DNA of 55,478 bases from Ilumatobacteraceae bacterium (GTDB lineage: Bacteria; Actinomycetota; Acidimicrobiia; Acidimicrobiales; Ilumatobacteraceae). Below are positions 46,201 to 54,695 of the stretch, piece after piece. Location of the stretch: contig JAYQAE010000001.1 in assembly GCA_038136655.1 (NCBI GenBank), forward strand, positions 3,477-58,954, written 5' to 3'. The translations under genes and the position numbers were made by a program. Under the pieces are notes generated by a model. That model saw nothing but the letters and a program-made list of their open reading frames with translations, searched no databases and was not told where the DNA came from. Each line of letters starts with the position of its first letter. Within the stretch, counting starts at the first letter, position 1.

Positions 46201-46206
46201 TAGGCT
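46201..46206 (+). promoter_or_regulatory. -10 hexamer TAGGCT placed for a leaderless hisI transcript
   Basis: TAGGCT-ggaccc-GTG 46213, a 6-nt gap. Confidence 0.4.
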
Positions 46207-46212
46207 GGACCC

Positions 46213-46578
46213 GTGGAGCACGGCACGACTTGGACCCCGGTGACGGCCACCGACGATCTGCTCGCCACGGTCCGTTTCGATGATCGCGGGCTGGTGCCCG
46301 CCATCGCGCAGGATGTGGACTCCGGCGAGGTGCTCATGCTGGCCTGGATGAACGCCGAGTCGCTCTCGATGACCCTCAGTGAGGGCCGCATGGTCTACTG
46401 GTCGCGCAGCCGTTCGGAGTTGTGGCGCAAGGGCGACACCAGCGGCGATCACCAGGAGGTCCGGTGGGCGCGCTACGACTGCGATGGCGACACCTTGCTG
46501 TTCGGCGTGGTTCAGCACGGTCGAGGGGCCTGCCACACAGGTGAGCGGACCTGTTTCTTCCGCCCACTGGCGCCATGA
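46213..46578 (+). CDS. hisI: Phosphoribosyl-AMP cyclohydrolase
   Basis: Motifs [40 protein letters not shown]. Confidence 0.9.
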   Translation: MEHGTTWTPVTATDDLLATVRFDDRGLVPAIAQDVDSGEVLMLAWMNAESLSMTLSEGRMVYWSRSRSELWRKGDTSGDHQEVRWARYDCDGDTLLFGVVQHGRGACHTGERTCFFRPLAP

Positions 46579-48077
46579 AGCTCCATCCCGACCCGGAAAC
46601 CTTCCTCGAACTCGCCACCGAACACACGGTGGTGCCGGTGTGGACCGAGGTACTGGCCGATCTGGAGACCCCGGTCTCAGCTTTCATGAAGCTCGTCGGC
46701 GACGATCCCGGTTTCGTCTTCGAGTCAGTCGAGCACGGTGAGCGTTGGAGCAGGTTCTCCTTCATCGGCCGTGATCCAGTGGCAACCCTCGTGTTGCGCG
46801 ACGGCCGGGTGACGATCTCCGGCGACCCCGGCGTCGACCTTCCCACCGATCAAGGAATGCTCGTCGCCCTCGAGCAACTCCTCGCCGCGCACTCCTCGCC
46901 CGAGATCGAGGATCTGCCCCCGCTGTTCGGTGGCCTCGCAGGCTTCCTCGGCTACGACGTGGTGCGAGAGATCGAGCACCTGCCCGATGTTCCCGCCGAC
47001 GACCACGGCATGCCCGACGCGGTCATGAGTCTGATCGGCTCCCTCGCTGTCTTCGATCATTGGCGTCAGCGGATCCTGCTCATCGAGTCGGTCATGACGG
47101 GAGGTCTCGATCGGGACGGCCTGCTCGCCGCCCGGGAGGCCGCAGGACGGGCGGTCGCTGAGGCGGCGTCCCGGCTCGCCGAACCCCTCACCCAGCCGCC
47201 GGCCGAACCTCCCGACCCATCCGAACCGAATCCGGATGTGACCTCACCGACGGGTGCTGGTGATTACCGGCGGGCGGTGGAGGTGGCGAAGGAGCACATC
47301 CTCGCTGGCGACATCTTCCAGGTGGTGCTCAGCCAGCGGTTCGACCTGGAACTCGGTGCTGATCCCTTCGACGTGTACCGCGTGTTGCGACAGGTCAATC
47401 CGAGTCCCTACATGTATTTCCTGCGAACCGAGGGAGTCACCCTCGTCGGCTCGTCACCGGAGCCGATGGTGCAATTGCGCGGACGCACGGTGATCAGCCG
47501 CCCAATCGCCGGAACCCGTCGTCGCGGCGTCGATGATGAGCACGATCGACGGCTGGCGGCCGAGTTGATCGAGCATCCCAAGGAGCGTGCCGAACATGTG
47601 ATGCTCGTCGATCTGGCCCGAAACGACGTCGGTCGGGTGGCTGAGTTTGGCACCGTGCGACCCGACGAGTTCATGACCCTCGAGCGCTACTCGCACGTCA
47701 TGCACCTCACCTCGCAGGTGTCGGGAACCCTTCGCGAGGGACTCGGCCCGATCGATGTGCTGCGGGCGACGCTGCCGGCTGGCACGGTGAGCGGCGCGCC
47801 GAAGGTGCGGGCCATGGAGATCATCGATGCGCTCGAACCCGTCAAGCGCGGGCCGTACGCCGGCGTGGTCGGCTATCTCGATTGGTCGGGCAATCTCGAT
47901 ACCGCGATCTGCATCCGAACCATGTTCGTGCGCGCTGACGGCACGACCGCTTCCTTGCAGGCGGGGGCCGGAGTGGTGGCCGATTCGATCCCGGAAGATG
48001 AGGATCTCGAGTGCCACAACAAGGCGGCCGCGCTCCTCGCCGCGATCCCGGCCGCCCGTCGGATGAGACGTCGATGA
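46575..48077 (+). CDS. trpE: Anthranilate synthase component I
   Basis: ATGA overlap with hisI. Motifs [41 protein letters not shown]. Confidence 0.9.
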   Translation: MKLHPDPETFLELATEHTVVPVWTEVLADLETPVSAFMKLVGDDPGFVFESVEHGERWSRFSFIGRDPVATLVLRDGRVTISGDPGVDLPTDQGMLVALEQLLAAHSSPEIEDLPPLFGGLAGFLGYDVVREIEHLPDVPADDHGMPDAVMSLIGSLAVFDHWRQRILLIESVMTGGLDRDGLLAAREAAGRAVAEAASRLAEPLTQPPAEPPDPSEPNPDVTSPTGAGDYRRAVEVAKEHILAGDIFQVVLSQRFDLELGADPFDVYRVLRQVNPSPYMYFLRTEGVTLVGSSPEPMVQLRGRTVISRPIAGTRRRGVDDEHDRRLAAELIEHPKERAEHVMLVDLARNDVGRVAEFGTVRPDEFMTLERYSHVMHLTSQVSGTLREGLGPIDVLRATLPAGTVSGAPKVRAMEIIDALEPVKRGPYAGVVGYLDWSGNLDTAICIRTMFVRADGTTASLQAGAGVVADSIPEDEDLECHNKAAALLAAIPAARRMRRR

Positions 48078-48715
48078 GCGCGATCGATTCGTCGTATGTG
48101 GTTCCCGGGCCGAGGGACCTGATCGAGGTGACCGGACCCGACGCGGTCCGTTACCTGCACAGTCAACTCTCCCAAGACGTCGGGTCGCTCGCCACTGGCG
48201 AACGCGTGCTCAGTCTCGTGCTCGAGCCAGACGGGCGCGTCTGCGCCGCCGTTGGGGTGGCGCGAACCGCCGAGGACTGCGTCATTCTCGATGTCGACCC
48301 AGGCTTCGGGGAGGCGGTGGTCGCACGTCTGTTGCGTTTCCGTTTGCGGACGGAGGCTGAGTTCACGATCACCGCGGCCGAGCGCGTACGTGACAGCAGC
48401 GAGGAGCAGTCGCGGATCATCGACGGATGGCCCGCGCTCGGAAGTGAGATCATCCCGGGGGAGACCCTCGCCGCCGAGACCGGGCTCACCGAGGTGGCGG
48501 TCTCGTTCACGAAGGGGTGCTACCCGGGGCAGGAACTCGTTGAGCGGATGGACTCCCGAGGAGCGGTGCCTCCCCGACGGATCGTCCGGCTCCTTGTCGA
48601 TGTCGGCACTGAGGTTGGATCGCCAGTGCTGCGCGAGGGCGCCGAGGTGGGCGAGGTGACGAGCGTCGCCGGTGAGCACGCGCTCGCGCGGGTCGGTCGC
48701 GCGTTCAGCGGCTGA
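48074..48715 (+). CDS. ygfZ: YgfZ/GcvT-like folate-binding protein
   Basis: ATG 48074 forms an ATGA overlap with trpE. Signature FTKGCYPGQELVERM. Confidence 0.75.
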   Translation: MSAIDSSYVVPGPRDLIEVTGPDAVRYLHSQLSQDVGSLATGERVLSLVLEPDGRVCAAVGVARTAEDCVILDVDPGFGEAVVARLLRFRLRTEAEFTITAAERVRDSSEEQSRIIDGWPALGSEIIPGETLAAETGLTEVAVSFTKGCYPGQELVERMDSRGAVPPRRIVRLLVDVGTEVGSPVLREGAEVGEVTSVAGEHALARVGRAFSG

Positions 48716-49352
48716 ATCGGAGCGCCGACACCTGCGACCAGAGCAGCAGGGCCCCGACCACCACGAGTGAGCGCCACTCGGGGCTCCGCGCCGCCCAGAT
48801 AATCCCCGCGGTGGTCAGCATCGCGCTGAGGCCGATCACCGCTCGTACCGCTGCCGAACCGAGGAGCGGACCGACGGCGTGGGAGAGGAGATGCCCGCCA
48901 TCGAGCGGCCAGAGGGGAATGAGATTGGCCGCGCCGATCACCACTCCGGCCCACCACACGGCGGTCGCGATACCGCTCGCCGAGATCGCGTCGACGTCGA
49001 GGGGGTGGGCGGCCCACGGGAGCAGGCACAGCCATCCGACGGCAATGTGGGCGGTGGGGCCAGCGGCTGAGAGCGCCATCCGACCCGGGGTGGAGATCGG
49101 ACGGCCCGGTTGGAACGAGGTGTAGCCGACCATGAATCCGAGCGAGATCGAGGCTTCCGCTCCGAGACGGCGCGCTACGAGGGCGTGACCGAGTTCGTGG
49201 ATCACGGTGAACACGGCGAGGGAGATCGCGAGGACGAGACCCTCGGGACCGGGGTCGAGACCGAAGACGATCAGGAGGAAGAACCAGAACCCGGAGGTGG
49301 CCCGAACCGGGAATCCGAGGAGCGCGAGCCTGCCTTCAGCACCGGCGACCAT
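48705..49352 (-). CDS. M50-family (site-2 protease-like) membrane metalloprotease
   Basis: HExxH motif (VIHELGHALV) in a polytopic protein. 11-nt convergent overlap with ygfZ. Confidence 0.75.
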   Translation of the reverse strand: MVAGAEGRLALLGFPVRATSGFWFFLLIVFGLDPGPEGLVLAISLAVFTVIHELGHALVARRLGAEASISLGFMVGYTSFQPGRPISTPGRMALSAAGPTAHIAVGWLCLLPWAAHPLDVDAISASGIATAVWWAGVVIGAANLIPLWPLDGGHLLSHAVGPLLGSAAVRAVIGLSAMLTTAGIIWAARSPEWRSLVVVGALLLWSQVSALRFSR

Positions 49353-49358
49353 GGCCGC

Positions 49359-49364
49359 ACCGTA
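49359..49364 (-). promoter_or_regulatory. -10 hexamer TACGGT (minus strand) placed for a leaderless M50 protease transcript
   Basis: Minus-strand sequence reads TACGGT-gcggcc-ATG, a 6-nt gap. Confidence 0.4.
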
Positions 49365-49423
49365 CCCGCGAGACGCGCTCGAGATGATCGTTGCGACGGT
49401 GGTCTCCCCGCGGTGCCCGCTCG

Positions 49424-49429
49424 TAGACT
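49424..49429 (+). promoter_or_regulatory. -10 hexamer TAGACT placed for a leaderless or near-leaderless ppdK transcript
   Basis: TAGACT lies 8 nt before GTG 49438. Confidence 0.35.
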
Positions 49430-49437
49430 CGCCAAAC

Positions 49438-52092
49438 GTGCCTTACGTCTACGCATTCGATCACGCCCATCGCAAGCCCCCCATGTCCTACAAGGACCTT
49501 CTCGGCGGGAAGGGGGCGAACCTCGCGGAGATGACCACGGTGCTCGGTCTGCCGGTACCCCCGGGGTTCACGGTGTCGACCGACGCATGTCGCGACTACA
49601 TGCACGGCGGATGGCCGGAGGGTCTCGATGCTGAGGTGACCCGTCATGTGGCCAAGCTCGAGAAGACGATGGGTCGCCGTCTCGGTGACGCCGCCGATCC
49701 GCTCCTCGTCAGTGTTCGCTCGGGCGCCAAGTTCTCGATGCCGGGCATGATGGACACCGTCCTCAACCTGGGGTTGAACGACGCGAGCGTGAAGGGTCTC
49801 GCCTCGGTGACCGGCGATGAGCGCTTCGCTTACGACTCGTACCGCCGCTTCATCGCCATGTACGGCCGCATCGTGCTCGGCGTCGACGGTGAGGTCTTCG
49901 AGCATCCCCTCGAGGCCGCCAAGGCCAAGGCCGGCACCTCGAACGACGCCGAACTCGACGCTGCCGTGCTGAAGGGCCTGGTCAAGACGTACCTGACCGC
50001 GGTTCGCCGCGCGACCGGAGCGCCGTTCCCGCAGGATCCCCGCGCCCAGCTCGACGGAGCGATCGAGGCCGTATTCCGCTCATGGAACGGCGCCCGCGCG
50101 ATCGCTTATCGAGTCCGCGAGAAGATCAGCCACGAGCTCGGCACCGCGGTCAACGTGCAGACCATGGTCTTCGGCAACCGCGACGACAACTCCAGCACCG
50201 GCGTCGGGTTCACCCGCAACGCCGCGACCGGCGAGAACCGCCCCTATGGCGACTTCCTCGTGAACGCCCAGGGTGAGGACGTCGTGGCCGGTATCCGCAA
50301 CACGCTCGGCCTCGACGACATGAAGCGTCTCTTCCCGAAGATCCACGCTGATCTCCTCAAGATCTTCAAGCGACTCGAGGAGCACTACACCGACATGTGC
50401 GACACCGAGTTCACCATCGAGCAGGGGCGCTTGTGGATGCTGCAGACCCGCGTCGGTAAGCGGACTGGCGCGGCGGCGCTGAAGATGGCGGTCGACATGA
50501 CCAAGGGCACCGAGGGCGTGAAGCGCAAGTCCTGGAAGATCTCCCGCGAGGAGGCCGTCATGCGGGTCACCGCTGAGCACCTCGAGTCGGTGCTCCACCC
50601 GCAGTTCTCGAAGAAGACGACGGCGATCGCCAAGGGTCTTGGGGCATCCCCGGGCGCGGCCGTTGGCCGCGTCTACCTGACCGCCGACGATGCCGAGGCC
50701 GCCGCGAAGAAGGGCGAGAAGGTCATTTTGGTGCGCAGCGAGACGAGCCCCGAGGACGTCCACGGCATGATGGTCGCGCAGGGCATCTTGACCTCCCGCG
50801 GCGGGCTGGTCAGCCACGCCGCCGTGGTCGCCCGCGGCTGGGGCACCCCGGCTGTTGTCGGTGCCGAGCAGGTTCGCATCGAGGGCCGCCAGTTCAGCGT
50901 CGGGAATACCGTCGTTAAGCAGGGCGATGTGATCTCGATCGACGGTCACACCGGCGAGATCATGTTGGGCGCCCTCGAGATGGCCAACGCCAAGCCGCCG
51001 AAGGAGTACGACATCATCCTCAGCTGGGCTGACGCGATCCGCAAGGGCCGTCTCGCTGTCCGGGCCAACGCCGACACCGGTGCTGACGCCGCCGTCGCCC
51101 GCGAGAAGGGTGCCGAGGGCATTGGCCTCTGCCGTACCGAGCACATGTTCCTGGCCCCCGATCGTCTGCCGATCGTGCGCGCGATGATCCTCGCCGACAC
51201 CCCGCGCAAGGAGGCCAAGGCCCTCGAGCAACTTCGCGTGGCTCAGCAGGCCGACTTCGAAGAGATCCTCGAGGCGATGGACGGTCTCCCGGTCACGGTG
51301 CGCCTCCTCGACCCGCCGTTGCACGAGTTCCTGCCCTCGGTGGAGGAGTTGAAGGTGAAGGCCGCCAAGCGCGGGCTCTCCTCGCGGGAGCAGAAACTGC
51401 TCGCCGCCGCCGAGTCCTGGGCCGAGCACAACCCGATGATCGGCACCCGCGGTGTCCGGCTCGGCGTGATCAAGCCGGGTCTCTACGCCATGCAGGTGCG
51501 CGCTCTCCTCGACGCCGCCGCCAAGCTGCGCGAGGCGGGGGGTCGCCCGATCGTCGAGATCATGATCCCGCTCACGGTCACCCGTGAGGAGCTCGCGCTC
51601 GCCCGCTCCTGGGTCCAAGAGGAGGTCGATGCCGCGCTCAAGGGCATGCGCCGGAAGCCGCACATCTCGATCGGCACCATGGTTGAGACGCCGCGGGCCG
51701 CGGTGCGCGCCGACGAGATCGCCGAGGCCGCGGACTTCTTCTCGTTCGGCACGAACGACCTCACCCAGTTGACCTTCGGGTTCAGCCGCGACGACGTCGA
51801 GAGCCGGATGATGCCCGCCTACCTCGAGCAGGGTCTGCTCAAGCGGAACCCGTTCGACACCATCGACCAGTCCGGCGTCGGCGATCTCGTCCGCCTCGGA
51901 GCCGAGCGCGGCCGGTCCACCAAGCCCGATCTGAAGCTCGGTGTGTGTGGTGAGCACGGTGGCGATCCCGAGTCGATCGAACTCTTCTACCGACTCGGTC
52001 TCGACTACGTGAGCTGCTCGCCGTTCCGTGTGCCGATCGCCCGGCTCGCCGCGGCGCAGGCCATCGTCGGCTCCAGCGACTCCCAGAAGTGA
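49438..52092 (+). CDS. ppdK: Pyruvate, phosphate dikinase
   Basis: Start GTG 49438 (MPYVYAFDH...), chosen by homolog N-termini. Motifs LLGGKGANLAEM, phospho-His loop TSRGGLVSHAAVVARGWG, GLCRTEHMF, CGEHGGDP. Confidence 0.95.
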   Translation: MPYVYAFDHAHRKPPMSYKDLLGGKGANLAEMTTVLGLPVPPGFTVSTDACRDYMHGGWPEGLDAEVTRHVAKLEKTMGRRLGDAADPLLVSVRSGAKFSMPGMMDTVLNLGLNDASVKGLASVTGDERFAYDSYRRFIAMYGRIVLGVDGEVFEHPLEAAKAKAGTSNDAELDAAVLKGLVKTYLTAVRRATGAPFPQDPRAQLDGAIEAVFRSWNGARAIAYRVREKISHELGTAVNVQTMVFGNRDDNSSTGVGFTRNAATGENRPYGDFLVNAQGEDVVAGIRNTLGLDDMKRLFPKIHADLLKIFKRLEEHYTDMCDTEFTIEQGRLWMLQTRVGKRTGAAALKMAVDMTKGTEGVKRKSWKISREEAVMRVTAEHLESVLHPQFSKKTTAIAKGLGASPGAAVGRVYLTADDAEAAAKKGEKVILVRSETSPEDVHGMMVAQGILTSRGGLVSHAAVVARGWGTPAVVGAEQVRIEGRQFSVGNTVVKQGDVISIDGHTGEIMLGALEMANAKPPKEYDIILSWADAIRKGRLAVRANADTGADAAVAREKGAEGIGLCRTEHMFLAPDRLPIVRAMILADTPRKEAKALEQLRVAQQADFEEILEAMDGLPVTVRLLDPPLHEFLPSVEELKVKAAKRGLSSREQKLLAAAESWAEHNPMIGTRGVRLGVIKPGLYAMQVRALLDAAAKLREAGGRPIVEIMIPLTVTREELALARSWVQEEVDAALKGMRRKPHISIGTMVETPRAAVRADEIAEAADFFSFGTNDLTQLTFGFSRDDVESRMMPAYLEQGLLKRNPFDTIDQSGVGDLVRLGAERGRSTKPDLKLGVCGEHGGDPESIELFYRLGLDYVSCSPFRVPIARLAAAQAIVGSSDSQK

Positions 52093-52098
52093 TCTGAG

Positions 52099-52121
52099 CC
52101 ACGGCCCCGAGTGGGCCGTGG
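52099..52121 (+). terminator. Intrinsic-terminator-like hairpin after ppdK (no U-tract)
   Basis: Perfect 9-bp stem CCACGGCCC / GGGCCGTGG with a 5-nt loop, starting 7 nt after the stop codon. Confidence 0.5.
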
Positions 52122-52133
52122 CAGGATGACCCC

Positions 52134-52856
52134 ATGGAGATCACCACCCGTCACACCCCCGCCTACGGAGTCGCCCGCCTACAGATGCAGGGAGGCGAGT
52201 CGGCTCGAGTCGAGTCGGGGGCGATGATGGCCATGTCGGCCGGGGTCGAGTTGCGATCGCGGGCTGAGGGCGGCGTGATGAAGTCGTTGAAGCGCGCTGC
52301 GCTCGGTGGCGAAAGCTTCTTCGTGTCCACCTACACGGCACCCGCAGAAGGTGGATTCGTCGATGTGGCGGCGCGCCTGCCCGGTGACATCACCGTCCAC
52401 TCGGTCTCTCCCGACTCGGCGCTGTTCATCTCCAAGGGCTCCTGGTTGGCGAATGAGCAAACCATCGAGATCGACACCAAGTGGGGCGGTTTCCGAAACC
52501 TCTTCGGTTCCGAGGGTGGATTCATCCTGCGCGCAGCTGGCTCAGGGCAGGTCGTGTTCAGTTGTTACGGCGCGCTCGAGGTGTGGAATCTCGAGGCGGG
52601 CCAGCACTTCACCGTCGACACCGGCCACATGGTGGCCTACACCGAGTCGATTGGCATGCAGATCAGACAGGCGTCGGGTGGACTCGTGCAGACCGTGAAG
52701 AGCGGTGAGGGGCTCGTGTTCGATTTCACGGGACCCGGCCGAGTGTGGACGCAGACCCGCAACCCGAATGAGTTGCTCGGGTGGATCTCCGCCGCCGTCG
52801 GTGGTGGGTCCGGTCCGTCGGGTGGCGCGCTCGGTGGCCTCCTCGGCCGTCAATGA
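52134..52856 (+). CDS. AIM24/TIGR00266 (DUF124) family protein
   Basis: 240-aa ORF. Pattern GESFF...GFILRAAGSGQVVFSCYGAL...GEGLVFDFTGPGRVWTQTR is typical of the family. Gly-rich tail. Confidence 0.8.
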   Translation: MEITTRHTPAYGVARLQMQGGESARVESGAMMAMSAGVELRSRAEGGVMKSLKRAALGGESFFVSTYTAPAEGGFVDVAARLPGDITVHSVSPDSALFISKGSWLANEQTIEIDTKWGGFRNLFGSEGGFILRAAGSGQVVFSCYGALEVWNLEAGQHFTVDTGHMVAYTESIGMQIRQASGGLVQTVKSGEGLVFDFTGPGRVWTQTRNPNELLGWISAAVGGGSGPSGGALGGLLGRQ

Positions 52857-52904
52857 CCGGTTTCCGCGGCGTTCTCGCCGCTGATGGACGCGGTGGCTGA
52901 GAAC

Positions 52905-52910
52905 TAGATT
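52905..52910 (+). promoter_or_regulatory. -10 hexamer TAGATT placed for a leaderless dnaG transcript
   Basis: TAGATT-cggccc-ATG 52917, a 6-nt gap. Confidence 0.45.
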
Positions 52911-52916
52911 CGGCCC

Positions 52917-54695
52917 ATGGCAATCGCGGATGACGACATCGAGCGCATCCGCTCAGCCGCCTCGATCGTCGATGTTGTCGGAGCGCACGTTCAACTGAAG
53001 CGCGCCGGCCGAAACTGGGTCGGTCTGTGTCCGTTCCACGGCGAGAAGACGCCCTCGTTCAACGTCCGCGAGGAGACCGGTCGCTACAAATGCTTCGGCT
53101 GTGACGCTGCCGGTGACGTCTTCAACTTCGTCCAGTCGATCGAGCACACCGACTTCGTCGGGGCGGTCGAGCATCTCGCCGGTCGACTCGGCATCCAGCT
53201 GAACTACACGTCGACCGGCCAGTCCAAGGAAAGGGCCCGGCGCAAACGACTGGTGGCCACGATGGGCTCGGCTGTCGACTGGTATCACGACCGGCTGCTG
53301 AACTCAGCGGATGCTCGGCCAGCGCGCGACTATCTCCGAGCTCGTGGACTCGCCGGTGAGACCGCTCGCACCTTTCGCCTCGGGTGGGCCCCCGACGACT
53401 GGGATGTGCTCTCCGGTGCGCTCGATGCTCCTCGCGACGATCTGATTGCGACGGGCCTCGCCTTCGTTAACCGTCGCCAACGCCTCCAAGATTCGTTCCG
53501 CGCGCGGGTGATCTTCCCCATCTTCGATGAGAACGGTGAAGCGGTCGCGCTCGGTGGGCGGATCCTGCCCGGCTCCGATGATCCGGCGAAGTACAAGAAC
53601 TCCTCGGAGACGCCGATCTACACGAAGTCACGCACCCTCTACGGCTTGAACTGGGCAAAGAGCGAAATCGTGCGGCAGAACCGCGCGATCGTGTGCGAGG
53701 GCTACACCGACGTGATCGGCTTCCATTCGAGCGGTCTCCCGATCGCGGTCGCCACCTGTGGCACCGCATTCACCGAGGAGCATGTGCGTCTCCTCAAGCG
53801 CTACACCTCGCGCGTGGTGCTGGCCTTCGACGCCGACGCCGCCGGCCAGGGTGCCGCCGAGCGCTTCTACGAATGGGAGCAGAAGTACGACATCGAGGTG
53901 TCGGTGGCGCGCTTTCCCGGCGGTCGCGACCCGGGAGATCTGGCGCTCGACGACCCGGAGGCGCTCGCCGCGAGCATCGACTCGGCCATGCCGTTTCTCG
54001 CTTTCCGACTCGATCGGGTGCTGCAGGCTCAGCCGGCCGACACCCCCGAGCAGCGCGTGCGGGCCGGTGAGCGAGCCATGGCGGTGGTGAACGAGCACCC
54101 GAACGTGAATGTCCGAAAGATCTACGCAGGCCAGGTCGCGACGCAACTCGGCCTCGCGGTCGGTGATCTCGTGAAGATCGCCGAGCGTGGTACCCGCCGT
54201 CCGCAGATGGAGGCTCCGAGGCCGTCAGGCACGGCACGGCACCGAGACACCGCCGAATTCGCGGTGTTGAGCGCTCTCGTCCAGTCGTGGGATGAGGTGG
54301 CGCCGATCCTCGTTGGTGAACTGTTCCTCGACGAGGTCAATCGTCGGGCCTTCGACGCGATCGCCGCCAACCCCGGCGATCTGCACGGCGCCCTTGCCGC
54401 GGCTGATCCGGAGGCCCGCGAGATCTTGGAGCGGGCCGCGATTGTCGATCTTGAGATCGATCCGGAGGTGGAGGTGCGACATCTGGCCGCCACGGCGGTT
54501 CGTCGAGCGCTGCGTGGGCCCGTCGATCCAGCGCGGATCGTGGCGGACACGGAGGCCCGACGATTGATTGAGGTGCTGCACGATCCCGACCGCGGCCGCG
54601 AGGCCCTCGATGTGCTCCTCGGCTGGCTGGCCGAGAGGGACCCAACCGGATCGATGGATTCCCCGTCGTCGCCTCAGTCTGGCGGTGCCTCGTGA
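52917..54695 (+). CDS. dnaG: DNA primase
   Basis: Zinc ribbon [13 protein letters not shown]...[27 protein letters not shown]...AFDADAAG. Confidence 0.95.
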   Translation: MAIADDDIERIRSAASIVDVVGAHVQLKRAGRNWVGLCPFHGEKTPSFNVREETGRYKCFGCDAAGDVFNFVQSIEHTDFVGAVEHLAGRLGIQLNYTSTGQSKERARRKRLVATMGSAVDWYHDRLLNSADARPARDYLRARGLAGETARTFRLGWAPDDWDVLSGALDAPRDDLIATGLAFVNRRQRLQDSFRARVIFPIFDENGEAVALGGRILPGSDDPAKYKNSSETPIYTKSRTLYGLNWAKSEIVRQNRAIVCEGYTDVIGFHSSGLPIAVATCGTAFTEEHVRLLKRYTSRVVLAFDADAAGQGAAERFYEWEQKYDIEVSVARFPGGRDPGDLALDDPEALAASIDSAMPFLAFRLDRVLQAQPADTPEQRVRAGERAMAVVNEHPNVNVRKIYAGQVATQLGLAVGDLVKIAERGTRRPQMEAPRPSGTARHRDTAEFAVLSALVQSWDEVAPILVGELFLDEVNRRAFDAIAANPGDLHGALAAADPEAREILERAAIVDLEIDPEVEVRHLAATAVRRALRGPVDPARIVADTEARRLIEVLHDPDRGREALDVLLGWLAERDPTGSMDSPSSPQSGGAS

